Source: Octopus bimaculoides (taxonomy: Eukaryota). From it: DNA of 64,000 nucleotides. Position 1 is the first letter of the stretch. Each line of letters opens with the position of its first letter. Made by a program: the position numbers and the translations under genes. Where the stretch lies: the NCBI RefSeq assembly GCF_001194135.2, contig NC_068984.1, positions 126,204,706-126,268,705 on the forward strand. Direction: 5' to 3'. Below the pieces are notes generated by a model. That model saw nothing but the letters and a program-made list of their open reading frames with translations. It was not told the DNA's origin and did not search any database. Of the stretch, positions 36,485 through 50,000 are shown one piece after another.

Positions 36485-39338
36485 TAACTATAGTTGCTCA
36501 TTACATGAGAGACCTAACTTCAGGTGTGCTAGTAACTCTCTTAACATAAACACCTGGCACTGCTATTCTGCTATCACTCCATATCACCTTCATCTTATTC
36601 ACTAACATTCATCTAACTGAGAATATTTACAAATTCTATAACTGGCCAGTTTCCATACTCTCCTTCAACTAATAGTTGTCCGTCCATTTCAAGGAAATCC
36701 TTCTTCTTTCTACACCTTCATTCCTTTCAGTTTGTTGCTTCCCTGCAGTTTCTTTTGCATTGTGTACAATGTGGTGAGACCAGACCCTTTCCCTCCTGGG
36801 CTGACTTTGCCTTTCATTTTTTCAAGGTTTGCATAGTGTCAATAAAGTAAATTACCAGTTATACATTGAAATTGATTCAATCAACTGTGCTTGCTCCATT
36901 CACAGAAACAGCTGTGTGCCTGATTAAAAGAATTTTCTATTAATTATTTTCATTATCATCATTTCATTGTCATCATCACCATCATTATTATTAAGGGCAG
37001 TAGAGTGACAGAAAAATAGCGTATCGGATAAAATACCTAAATAGTATTTAATTCCATCCCTTTATGTTTGGAATCCAAATCACACTGGGATCAACTTTTC
37101 CTGATTGAGTTGAAAATAACCCATCCGCTACAATTTTGGAGCTTTAAGCTCATGTACACATAAATAAAACCAAATCATTATTCTTATTATTAACAGGCAC
37201 TAAGCCACAGGAGTCAGTTGTCATTAAAACAAGTCCTTGGTTTTGGTTCCTTGTTTGAATCTGCTTTGTTTTCATTGCTTGAGAAAAAAAAAAGGCATGA
37301 ATGTCTCAAACCATTCCCTCCCTTTCCAAAAAAACTGATGCTTCATATTTATGGTAAAAAAAAAAAAAATTCTTCAATTGTAATGTCTTTGTTTTTGTGT
37401 TTTTAATGAATTTCTCAACCGATTGCATCTGTTTCTAAATGAGACTCTTTATTCAAACTGTGTAACCTTCACTTCCATTCTGCTACACATCATAATCAAC
37501 AATCAGCTAAAGTGAGCCTGCCTTAACCTCCTGCAACACTCATCATTCTTCAGTTGTTTCGAACACATCTTTTAGAACTTTCCTCCATAAATGTTCTGTT
37601 AACCTCTTATTTCAACTGTTGGTTCCTTTTATGTAAGGAGAGAATATCTGAGGAAAATATTGAAATGCAGCCTTGGCAGTATTAGAATGGCTTTTTGTTC
37701 TTGGTGTCACATTTCACTTAGCCTTGTTATGTATATTACAACTTGGTTAAACCATCATCTCCAGTGAAGCCAGGATTATTCACTTAACCCATCAGCTAGA
37801 AACTTGGGCAGACCCAGCAATGCTGTTTGGTTCATATGTGATACACCAACATCACTAAATTTGGTCTTAGCTGGAAGGGGCAACTGGGTTGTTTCGCCTC
37901 AGACAGATGGTAGGGAGTTTTGTCTGAACAGCAGTAATAGTGGTGGTATATTGGAGGCTTTGGGGAGGTGATAGGGTCAGTTAATGGTCAGTGTGTTAAT
38001 CGTCAGTCACTTGAATTTACTCCACTGCATCTCCTCCCCACCTAAATTTGGCCTTGTTTTTTTTGTTTTTTGTCAAAAGTGAATCATTAATGTTGCACCA
38101 AATATGTTTAAAAACTTGGTCTGCAAAAAAAACTAAGGAATAAAATATCAATCCTTGTAACATTTTCCCTTTAATTTAAGTATGTAACAAGGCTAAGTAA
38201 ACATAGTACTTGTGTGGCTGAACAGTAAAACATTCTTATTTTACCAGTTTTTTTTATAGAAACAACAGCACAACCTATGTTTTAAGTATCCTGGACAGTT
38301 TTGCTCTCCAAGATTGTGTAAACCATCTAATGTCAACTGCTGCTTGAGTGTGGGGGCTGACTGTGGTTTAGTACTGTATATTGTATTCTAGGCTAAATAG
38401 TTGGGATTCATTTTTCAATTCTGCTAGTATGGGCCTTGATCTTTGTCTCCAGTGACCTGGCAGCAGAAGTGGTTGCCTCATGATCACAAATGGTGTGCAC
38501 CTGGACCTAGCTACTAAACTTTCCCTGCTTTTGCTTGGTTGTCAACAGCCTTGCTAACCTTTTGAGAAACTGGTAGAGCACTGAGCAGACAGAAAAAAAA
38601 TGATGTGTAGTCAGGTGGTCTCTACAGTGCCAAGATCAAATACTGTCACAAGAGTATCACTGCTACTGCTGCTGCTACTACTACTACTACTACTCCTATT
38701 ACTACCACCTTTGTTATTCCCTGACCCCTCTCTCATCTCTTCTGGCCAGAATGATAGTCATGCTACTACTGAACATACAGTTGGCTACAAAAGATCCTAG
38801 AGATTTTTTTCTTTTTCTTTTTATTTTTTATTTGTATTTTTTTAATTATATGTATGTATGTATATATAATATATATATATATGTATATTTCTTTTATGTT
38901 TGAAATTCTCTTTCTGCTGCTTTATTAAAGCCTTTTACAATTTTTTTCTTCCAATCAGAACCATTTTCTGTTGTATTTCTTTTGATTTGTGCTCTTTTGT
39001 TTCGTTGTGTCTAATGTTCTTACAATGCATCCGACCCTTTCTTTTGTGCCTTCCCAATCTATTCACTGATTTCACTGAGAACTAATTTTAAATGACACAC
39101 TTCCCCAGCTCTCTCTCTTTCATTAAAAAGCTGGATTATATTGGTGTCATATGAGAGGAGAATTTTTTTTTTCTCTCCAAAGAAAGTCCTTACCTGAAAT
39201 CTGATTCTCTTCTCTCTTCACAGTACAGAAGAACATTATCCATATTTTAAACTTTATGGAACTGATATTTGCCATCTCAGACTATCGTTTACTTTTTCAA
39301 GTTCTGGTATTTAACTTTATTTTTAATATCAGTTAGTC

Positions 39339-39638
39339 CAAGCGAGATCGTTGCCAATGCCCCTGGACTGGCTCTTGTGCGGGTGGCACATAAAATACAC
39401 CATTTTGATTGTGGCCATTGCCAGTACTGCCTGACTGGCCTTCATGCGGGTGACACGTAAAAGCACTCACTACACTCTCTGAGTGGTTGGCGTTAGGAAG
39501 GGCATCCAGCTGTAGAAACTCTGCTGAATCAAATTGGAGCCTGGTGTAGCCATCTGGTTTCACCAGTCCTCAGTCAAATCGTCCAACCCATGCTAGCATG
39601 GAAAGCGGACGTTAAACGATGATGATGATGATGATGAT
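39339..39638 (+). mobile_element. RTE 3'-end-derived repeat ((GAT)n-tailed); representative copy
   Basis: Contains ...GTTAGGAAGGGCATCCAGCTGTAGAAAC...GGACGTTAAACGATGATGAT. Other copies at ~11545-11773(-), 15926-16285(-), 44760-44960(-), 46363-46510(-), 46960-47100(+), 54212-54356(+) and 700-940(+). Confidence 0.85.
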
Positions 39639-39943
39639 TTGCTGTGGCTGAGAAACCTAATATGTTGGACTACTGAGCATTTAATCAGTTCAAACTTTGC
39701 TATGACCATTGTGTTCTTTCACTATAGGCGCAGGAGTGGCTGTGTGGTAAGTAGCTTGCTTACCAACCACATGGTTCCGNNNNNNNNNNGCTGTGTGGTA
39801 AGTAGCTTGCTTACCAACCACATGGTTCCGGGTTCAGTCCCACTGCGTGGCACCTTGGGCAAGTGTCTACTACTATAACCTCAGGTCGACCAAGGCCTTG
39901 TGAGTGGATTTGGTAGACGGAAACTGAAAAGAAGCCCGTCATA

Positions 39944-39994
<51 letters not shown>

Positions 39995-42179
39995 CTGTGT
40001 TTGTCCCCCCACCAACGCTTGACAACCTATGGTGGTGTGTTTACGTTCCCGTAACTTAGCAGTTCGGCAAAAAGAGACCGATAGAATAAGTACTAGGCTT
40101 ACAAAGAATAAGTCCTGGGGTCGAGTTTCTCGACCAAAGGCCGTGCTCCAGCATGTCTGCAGTCAAATGACTGAAACAAGTAAATGAATAAATGAAAAAG
40201 GAAGTAATCCTTTTTGTCAGAGTCTGAATGGTTAACTGTAGTTAGAGCATCCAGTTTGTTGACACTCCATAGTTATACATTCATTGCTAGCTGGCAGTTA
40301 TAACGAATTTACTGTCAACAACTTCATACTGTAATGACTGTTTATATGCAACAACATTAAAACCACACATATACAGTTACATTAATTTTTCCTTTGTTAT
40401 TTTGTAATAATAATAATAGTATATTTTTCCAGAGTCTCTTGTTGTGTACATTTATGACCTGAATGCACCACTCTGCTTTGCCACACCTCTCTTACAGTAA
40501 TGCATCAGTGAGTAGGTTGTACATGTACAGTGTGAGACTTCAAATACTTAATATCATTAGGAAGGTGGTAAATTGGCAGAATTGTTAACACATTGGACAG
40601 AAATGCTTAGTAGCATTTCATCCAACTCATTACATTCGGAGTTCAAACTCACTTTTCATCCTCTCAGAGTCAATAAAATATGTACCAGTCAAATACTGGG
40701 ATCGATGTTAACAATTTGCCCCTTCCTCAAAATTGCTGGCCTTGTGCCAAATTTAGAATGTGGTATTATTATTATTATTATTATGTAATATATAATGGAG
40801 TAAAGTGAAAATAACAGACTGTATGATGTTTACTTAATGGCTACAATACATCTACTACTGTACAATTTTTTAATTTCATCTCAGATCAAATCACTCATAC
40901 AAACATTTGGATTAGATAGGATTGCCTATGTTCAGTTCAGTGCAAGATGAAGGCTTCAAGTCCTCTCCCTCAACCACAATATGATGTAGAAGCTGTGAAT
41001 TTGAGCTTCAGATCATATTGGTATGATGAGCCTATTCTGCCACACTTGTTTGTCATGGCTTATCAGAAGGGTGCAGTTTTTTTTTTCTTTACTCTTACCC
41101 AGGAATATTTTAAGTTGATTACATCAACCCCCAAGTGCTCAACTGGTATTTATTTTATCCAACCCCCAAAAAGATAAAAATCAAGTCAGCCACAGCAGAA
41201 TTTGAACTCGAAATGTAAAGACAGATGAAATATCACTAAGTATTTTGACAGCTTGCTGCCAAACATAAAATAGAAATTTTAAAAAATAGGCCACTTCATC
41301 AACTGAACTAAGAAGTTGATGTCTTTCTCAACCTCCCCACCACACACACACACACATACGCAGTACTCCATGGAATTACAATTGAGGGAATTAGACCAGA
41401 AATTGGAACTAATGTGAAGTCACAGAAATTCTCCAACAACTGCTTCTGACTCTCCAGAGGTATGGCAAGGAACCAAACTCTACTGCTACTCCTGTTCTTC
41501 CAGCAGTAATCCTTTCCATCTAGGGTTTGACCACAGTTTCCAGCAGCCTCACACAGCTGTTTGATGAAGCCCTCTCCAAAGACGTAGGATAAATTTCAGA
41601 ATGCCTACTATGTCCTTTCTTGCTGCTCCCAGTTTTGTAGTCTCCATTGCAGCTGTCCATATCATGTCTTGCTGCCTTTTACAGTGTTCACAGAGCATTG
41701 TGCAACAGTTATGTTGCAGGCATTTTGACATCCAGAGCAAATGATCATGATACAGGTAACTCTTTTCCAATATTCAGATGGCTTCCAGTCCTAGATGTCA
41801 GCTAACATTTTCTCAATCTTTATACTCCATCACTGTTGACTGTTTACCATTAAGTTCTTCTTGAAAAAAGGAAACCTGGAAAAAAATCAAATTGAGCCCA
41901 AACACAAGTATTTACAAAATACTCGTGTTACTGTATTGAGTGCAAATCCAGTTACAACTAAACAAGTAAATTATGCAGCACACACATGCTTCCAAAGTGT
42001 ACTGTTTCTATAATGTCATTCAACCTCTGCCAATATGCATAGCTAAGTGCCAGTGTGGCACCTGTTTTATAGCTTGATTTATTAAATAAATTAGTGTCTT
42101 GGCAGTAATAATTTCATAGAGATATTTTGATTACATATCTAGCATAGAGGTGCCAATGTAGTCACATAACTAAGTTCAG

Positions 42180-42600
42180 TTTGCAACCACAGAGAGGGGC
42201 CTATACTGAAACACTACCTGGAAAAGGAGTCTAGTCACCAGTGTGCACTAGTGAAATGCTGGCCACCAACTTGCACCAAATGCAAAGGTGTGTTGTCAAA
42301 GCAGGTGTTATTGTTGCATGATAGTGCACACCCACATTATTGAAAGGTGGAGTTTCTGGAACACCCTGCATACAGTACAAGTCTCACCCCTTTGCCCCAC
42401 TCAAACATCCTTTTTGAGGTCATCAATTTACTAAGGATAAAGAAGCATAAATGGCTGTGCAAACCTCTGATAGAATAAGCATGCTTGTGAACCACTGGAA
42501 GAAGTGCATTGAAAAGCAAGGAGACTCTGTTGAAAAATGATGTAATTGTTCAACCCTGCTTTTGTTTCAATAAATTACAGAAGAGTAAATATAATTTTTA
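42180..42600 (+). mobile_element. Decayed mariner transposase remnant
   Basis: Interrupted GPILKHYLEKG, KCKGVLSKQVLLLHDSAHPH, EFLEHPAYS and LVNHWKKCIEKQGDSVEK* match the mariner C-terminal layout. Confidence 0.75.
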
Positions 42601-42873
42601 ACTTACCAATACACACACGTGTGTGTATTTGTGTAAAGCAAGGTGTCTTTTTACATCAAAAGTAACTTAGCCATATAATAAAATAAGTATTTTTTTTTTA
42701 TACGAACAACTAAAGACTTCGAAAGCAGTGCCATATCATAACTGCAGTTCAATGACTGGAACCAGTAAAACAGTTGAGTATAATATACTCAGCTCTGTGT
42801 CTTTTGCATTACACTTCTTTAGATATTAGAATATTCAAGCCATGAAGATTTCTAAACTATTACTTTCCATGTA

Positions 42874-43230
42874 GGCGTAGGAGTGGCTGTGTGGTAAGTA
42901 GCTTGCTTACCAACCACATGGTTCCGGGTTCAGTCCCACTGCGTGGCACCTTGGGCAAGTGTCTTCTACTATAGCCTCGGGCCGACTAAAGCCTTGTGAG
43001 TGGATTTGGTAGACGGAAACTGAAAGAAGCCTATCGTATATATGTGTGTGTGTTTGTGCTTGTCCTCCCAACATCGCTTGACAACTGATGCTGGTGTGTT
43101 TACGTCCCCGTAACTTAGCGGTTCGGCAAAAGAGACCAATAGAATAAGTACTAGGCTTCCAAAGAATAAGTCCTGGGGTCGATTTGCTCGACTAAAAGGC
43201 AGTGCTCCAGCATGGCCACAGTCAAATGAG
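42874..43230 (+). mobile_element. tRNA-derived SINE family with internal (TG)n; representative copy
   Basis: A-box-like TGGCTGTGTGG and B-box-like GGTTCAGTCC followed by a conserved body. Other copies at ~6163-6530(+), 13905-14130(+), 14150-14420(-), 19380-19535(-), 21000-21130(-), 29610-29800(+), 39727-40200(+), 47110-47265(-), 51540-51680(-) and 59812-59990(+). Confidence 0.88.
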
Positions 43231-43764
43231 TAAAAGAGTATGTATGGTTCTTTCAGTGGGCTAACTGAGTATATGGCACTTTTCATAATCATCCAATATG
43301 AATCATTGGGTGTAGCCAGGAGCCTGCTTCAGAGGGGGCTAGGCTACTGGATTTTTTTTTTCATCCTTCATATAAAAAACAAATAGAATTTTTTCCTTAA
43401 ATGTCTTTAATTCTCCAAACTGTGACCCTTTGCATCACTGTGAAAACTACCAAATTTCATCATAAGAAAATATAATTTTTTTAATTGATTTTTATTTTTT
43501 TTAAATCAACAAAAAAGAGAATTGTTTTTTTTTTGAGATGTTTGCTAGAAATATCTAGAAGAACAAAGGACGATTTCGTATTTGATAAATAATGTAGTAG
43601 AACTTCTGATAGCTATCAGAAGTCCATGTCCCAACACTGGCAAAAGTTAAGGAAACTATGAAGAGGAGTTACCTTAGACAAGTTGTATAAAAATTGTAAT
43701 CCTGATTGTAATCAAATATATTTGAAGACGGAAGAATCAATTAAAAATTAAGCTCTACAGATTG

Positions 43765-43770
43765 TTTATT
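43765..43770 (-). promoter_or_regulatory. Candidate PDHB polyadenylation signal (AATAAA)
   Basis: tttatt on the + strand, about 160 nt downstream of the PDHB stop. Use not verified. Confidence 0.5.
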
Positions 43771-43927
43771 AAAAAAAAAAATTGTCCTAGATGATTTGTT
43801 GAGAGAAGAGTAGTTAATGTAGAACTTGTCCTTTCCGCCAGATTGTAATACAGCTTGGTCAATGGTCGAAGTTGTTATCGGCTATTGAGAGATGTAACGA
43901 GTGATAATGTCCTGTATGGTTATTGCT

Positions 43928-44076
43928 TTATGCTATATTCAGACATTTCTTCACAGATTTGATAATATTAAATGGCTGTGGCAAAGCTCCCTCTTCCAGC
44001 ACCTTGGCATAGGGCATTGGGACATCAGCACCTGTGACACGGAGCACTGGAGAATCTAGGTAGTTAAAAGCAGGAC
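43928..44076 (-). CDS. PDHB: PDHB last coding exon ([49 protein letters not shown])
   Basis: attccag| acceptor; TAA stop at 43930-43928. Confidence 0.97.
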
Positions 44077-47000
44077 CTGGAATTTAAAAAAAAAATAGGT
44101 TGAAATAGGTTGAAACGGGTTGTAAGGAATATGCACATTATAGTCAAGATTAACTTATATTAAATTGGTTAATAATATAAAATGTTGTCCTGAATTAAAC
44201 ATTCTTACATGGATCGTATGAAAGCAATTTCTAGTGTCCCATAAGAATTATGTCAAAGTAATCTTTAGTGTTGCACTTGGATCACAAGGGGACAACTAGA
44301 ACCTCGCACAGCCAATTACTGTTTTACAGAATATGCAGTGTTGTGCCAAAGAAAAACTTATGGAGTATGAGACTTGTTGGTTCTTCTTAAACAACAGGTT
44401 TCTCTAAATAGCTGAGATTTGTGTTCTTGCTCAATTTAACAAACAAAACATCATCAGTAAGCTCTCTACTATCTTTCAAATATGGAGTAGAGAAAACTGG
44501 AGTAGTCACACAAACCTGCCCAATATAATCCTCAAATCTTCAACAAACCTCCCTACTGACCGTAAAATAGGGATTGAGTTTCTGTATAATCACTTAACCT
44601 GTTCAGGGCAATAGTTAAATCACTTTCAACTATCTAATAACTGTGAGGTTAATAGATCACACTCATGACTTAAATAATAGGTTAATACACTACACTCTAG
44701 GTCAGGTTTCAAACCTGGCTACAGTCTTAGTATGCCTCTTAAGCTAAATCAATATCATTGTCACCATCATTTAACATCCACTTTCCAAGCAGGCATGGGT
44801 TGGACAGTTTGACAGGAACTGGGAAGTTGCCCAAGTCCCAATAGTCTATTTTGGTATGGTTTCTGCAGCTGGATGCCCTTATTAATGCCAACCACTTCAC
44901 AGAATGTACTGAGTGCTTTTTACATGGCACCAACAAGGACACTTTTGTGTGGCACCAGCACAAGCGCTTTTTACATGAGATCAGCACAAGACCTCTCAGC
45001 TGAGAGAGAACGTAGAGGACATACCTGTATGTATAGAAGGTCACAGTTTTACTTATCTTGATGTCTCATCTCAAGTGCAGCAAACTGTCAGGAGTCTTGG
45101 TCCCTTGTCATCTTTACTAAATAAACGGTCAGTGAAATAAATGCTTTCACATAATAAAGCAAGTAATTGACTTGTCCTCTCATATAAATACCATCCAGCA
45201 ACTGCATGCTCTCTCTCTCTCATAAATAAATAACATACTGTAGCTGGCCTGTCCACTCCATAAATTAAGTCCATATTATATGTTGCCTGACCTCTGTATA
45301 AATAAATACTATGATGTGACATGCATGTCCTTTCCTATAATCAAACACTTCAGTAACTGGCTTGTTCTTTTCATAAATAAAAGTCATGTAGCAGCAAGCC
45401 TGTCCTCCCAATAAACCTATACCATGCTATTACTGGCCTACTGTTAGTGTTACAAAGAAATACTAAAGCAGTACAAGTAAAAGACTAGGAGTATAAAGCT
45501 GAAAGTCAATACTTACTTTCAATGATCCTTGCACAAATCTCAGCACCAATACCACATTGGGGCCAACCTCCTTCAACTGTCACCAAATGATTTGTTTTCA
45601 TTACAGAGTTCACAATAGTCTCCTCATCTAGAGGACGTAATGTACGTAAGTTGATCACCTGTGAGTATAGTATAAGTGGAAAGTAAGAGTGGAGTTGTTC
45701 TGTAAATACATAGACTTACAGATAATTGGGACAATGTTAGCATGGAATGGATATAGTTATGTGATGTCTTCAAAGTTGTAACTTTAAACAAACACCTCGA
45801 AGTCTGGAGACATCAAACAGATGGAGAGATTACTGTGGATACCAGACAGAGAAACTAAAGTCACCAAATAAATAGACAAATCACTGCTGATATCAGACAG
45901 ACACAGAAGTCCCTGCAAGCACCAGGAAAACAAACAAAGTCATTGTAGACATCAAAAATAATAAGCTTATTGTATACAGTACACAGATGCATTACAACTC
46001 GCCAGAAAGAGATAAAGGGCAAAATAGGGAACAGGAAGCTGCAATTAATCAAGTAAGGTAAACAGCAATGTAATCCAAAAATTCATGCATAGCAGACAGA
46101 ATAAAATAGAGACTGAAAAGTGAGCAGTAAAAAAGCCATAAAGAGGAAAGGGTACAGGGGCATGTCAGGTAAGATAATAAAATATCAACTGTCATCATAG
46201 CAAATGACATTATTATACTAATGAGGTCATCTTTATGTGGTTGTTTGACCAGCTAGAAATAGCAGCCAAATCTTCCTTAACTCCTTGCAGGCGAGAAGTG
46301 GAACTGACCACATCAAAACACTGTGTGTAAGAGCAGTGTGATGCCACACTCTGTGCAGCATCATCATCATCGTTTAACGTCCGTTTTCCATGCTGGCATG
46401 GGTTGGACAGTTCTACTGGGGATCTGGGAAGCCAGAAGGCTGCACCATTCTCCAGTCTGATCTGGCAGTGTTTTCTACAACTGGATGCCCTTCCTAACGC
46501 CAACCACACTGAGAAGAATCTGTCAATACACTGTAAAATTCCTTGTATGAAAAATTATGTAGTTACTGAACAGCCTAATGGTGATACACAACACAGACCA
46601 TCGATATTAAACCCATCTGCAAGGGGTTAGATTATGCCCTACTGTCTTGAAACGCAATAGATACAAAACATTGTCTGGAAAAAGATAGGATGGTCACAAG
46701 TGGAACATCTTAGATTAACCCTTAAACTGTCTTGTGTATCGTATGTGAACACTAAATAACTGAGGAGTGCTCTGCTAGTCAGGAGTACTGAGTTCAAATC
46801 TTGTCTTAAACAGACAGTAACACAACTTCAAGACACTGAATCTTACAGGTGAGCTGACAAGGAACCAAGATGCCTGACACCTTGATGTACTCAAGAAAAC
46901 CCATGCTCCATAGCAGAAGCGTTAAGGTGAAGAGGATTGGACTGCAAGAACCCTGTACCTGTACCACATAACAGTGGTTGGTGTTAGGAAGAGCATCCAG

Positions 47001-50000
47001 GCGTAGAAACCACGCCAAATCAGACTAGAGCCTGGTGCAGCTCTCCAGCTTTGGTCAACCTATACCAGCATGGACAACAGATGTTAATTGATGATGATTA
47101 TATATATGACAGTTTTCTTTCACTTTCCATTTACCAAATCCACTCACTAGACTTTGGTTGGCCTAGGGCTATAGTAAAAGATACTTGCCCAATGTGACCT
47201 ACAGTGAGACTGAACCTAAAGCCATGTGGTTGGGAAGCAAACTTGTTACCACACAGCCATGCCTAAACCTATAATCATTCTTTTAATTTACAACACCACT
47301 CTATATACATTCACAAACATGTATACTTCTCAGTCAGTCTAAAGCCTGAAGTAATGGTAAGATTACACTTTTTTAAAGAGAGCTAATAAGATTGAAACAA
47401 GTCTAGAGTTGTCACTATTACTAAAGAGCAGATCCACAATCTTCCATATTTAATTAATTCTAATTAATTAAAATTTCTTGGTTTATTTCATCATCAACAC
47501 CAAAATTTCTTGGTTTATTTCATCATCAATACATTTACTATTAAGTTTTCATACAACAGGTTGTACCTAGTTATCTTATACATTCACTTTTATTTTCTGC
47601 AATAGCTGCACAAATAGATATATGTCAGAGGAAGTGTGTTTATAGCTAGATGTGAAGTAGATGGCAGAACCTGTTTGTTTGCACCAGATTGTTTGATTTA
47701 ATGAAATAAAAGATATCTTTCTTGAAGAACAACAACAACATATTAATAGCAAGATTAAAAACTTGTGACTATGTAGTGGTCAGTTATTGAGCTTCCTTAC
47801 ATGAAAATGATGCCCGACTTTTCTCAAAACAGTTTCATTTTTCAAGGGAGGAAATTAGGTAGCTATTTCTAACAGATTGAGTAACCATGTAGGAGTTGGT
47901 TCATTTGCATTCAGTAGTGAGTAAAGACAAGACACTTACCTCACACTCAACACCTAAGTTTTCCAGTTCCTTAGCAGCTTCTAAACATGTGCCGACTGTC
48001 TTGGAGAAGGACACTAATGTCACATGGTTACCTAACGGTGAGAGAACACAGAAGTTAGCAGTTAAGAGTTGAACCTGAAATATAACATATAACCAAACCA
48101 TATTTAATGCACTTACACACACACACACACTCTCTCTCTCTCTCAACAAGTTTTTTTTTCATTCTCTCTCTATTTATTTCCTCTTATTCCTTTCAGTCGA
48201 AAAACATAGGCTCAAAACGTAAAAGACTTTTCCATTTTTTCTGAGTGTCAAACTAATATACTTGCTTGTTGTTCCTACACCTGTCTTCATCTTTGAGTTC
48301 TATAAATTTGAACTATACACACACACACACACACTACAGCACACCCATCCACGTCAGTAGCAATAAAGCTAAACAGAAGACCAAGAAAGATTCACTGACC
48401 TGCACGTTCTATCTTAGCTTTACCAATAGGGATGAGGAAATCAGGTGACAAGGATTCTTCGGACATCTCAAATGGTGTACCATACATCAATTCATTTTCT
48501 AAACAGACAACTGCAAAAGAAGATGTAGACATATATAAATATATAACACATATACAAGGAGGTTTAAAAGTCCCGTTAGCATTCATATGAGCTGACTAAC
48601 AACCAAAGCTATTTGAACTTCTTCATGTATGTCTCATCTCACTTTTGACCAAGCCCATCATCATCTCCCCATCTCTTCACTGTAATCATTAAACTCCACT
48701 GACTTCCTTCCTCCCCAATCCCTTTCACTGACTGCCACAGCTCAGAGATTCAAAGACAGCTATTGCTCAGTTGTTCATACTGCCAGCTTCCCAGGCTACC
48801 CAAGGCAATTGATATACCCAGACAATTGAACAGAGTTACCAATACAGTAATCCTTTGCCATGTCGAGGTTTATTATTTAAGCTTACGTTGATTCCTCCGT
48901 GGTGTTGTTTTGCATTTATAATAAAATGAATATACACAAATTATAAAAATACTGATGAAATGACAAAAGAACATTTGCTGATGATCTTTTTTCTGAAAGG
49001 ACCCCCGGGAGGGTGTATCTGAGGACTCAGCACACTCAACCCTTACAAGAAGAATGGTTAAGAAGAGAGATGGATGGAACCTCAAAAGGATGAAAATCAA
49101 AGTCACCACAGGCAGGAACTGAATGGGAGAACAATCAGAGAGAAGCATAATATCATGTTCTCTTCCCTGTTAGCATAAAATATTTTGTTCAATTACAAGA
49201 AGACATAACAAAATAAGTAATGCTTAGTCAATGAACATCACAACATCACTGTCAAAAAGTAGACACTCATGGAAGAAACTAAAAGAAAAGCAGAGAACTC
49301 ACCAGGATTTGGATCTCTTATAGCTGACTTTAGTAGACCTTTAGCATCTTCTGAGGAATATGGGCTGACAACTTTGAGGCCTGGGCACTGGCTGTACCAG
49401 GAAGCAAAACACTGAGAATGCTGGGCACCCACACCAGATGCAGCACCATTTGGACCCCGGAAAACAATGGGGACACTTACCTGAATGGAAAATTAAAGAA
49501 ATAAGAGCAAGATGAATAATAATAATGAGCAGAGGATGATGAGCGATTAATAGAGTAACAGAAGGGGGCAGAAGATAAAAATGGAGATGGGCAAAGAGGG
49601 GGAGAGACATATAAGTTAACCCTTTAGCGTTTAAACCAGTCATATCCAGGCCAAATATTCTATCCATTTTATGTTCAAAACGGCCAGGTCTGGCTTTTCA
49701 CACCTGTCCTACAATGTCATTCTAAAAATGCAGTCAAATCATTGAAATCTTGAAGCTACAAGATAATGCCTGATTAATCCAGAACAACGTGAATAAATAA
49801 TTATTACATTCGACAAAGTAATCTGAAAGCTGAAGGGTCAAAGAAGAAAAGGGGGAGAATACATAAGTTAAAGAAGAAATGGATGGAGGGTAGTAAGTTA
49901 AAGAGGGAAAGAGAGAGGAGTGGACATAAGTTAAAGAGGAAAACAAGAAAGAGAAGAGGGAGGGTACACAAGTTAAAGAGGGTAAGAGAGAAGCGGAGGG

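Noticed and set aside
39739-39830. 41-bp duplication (gctgtgtggtaagtagcttgcttaccaaccacatggttccg) on both sides of a 10-N gap
   Set aside because: Typical unmerged contig overlap inside a SINE; an assembly artefact.
41430-41800. Possible LINE remnant in the intergenic interval
   Set aside because: Composition is suggestive, but I could not read any diagnostic motif.
47470-47533. Local ~32-bp tandem duplication (aaaatttcttggtttatttcatcatcaa)
   Set aside because: An ordinary two-copy slippage event with no sign of function.
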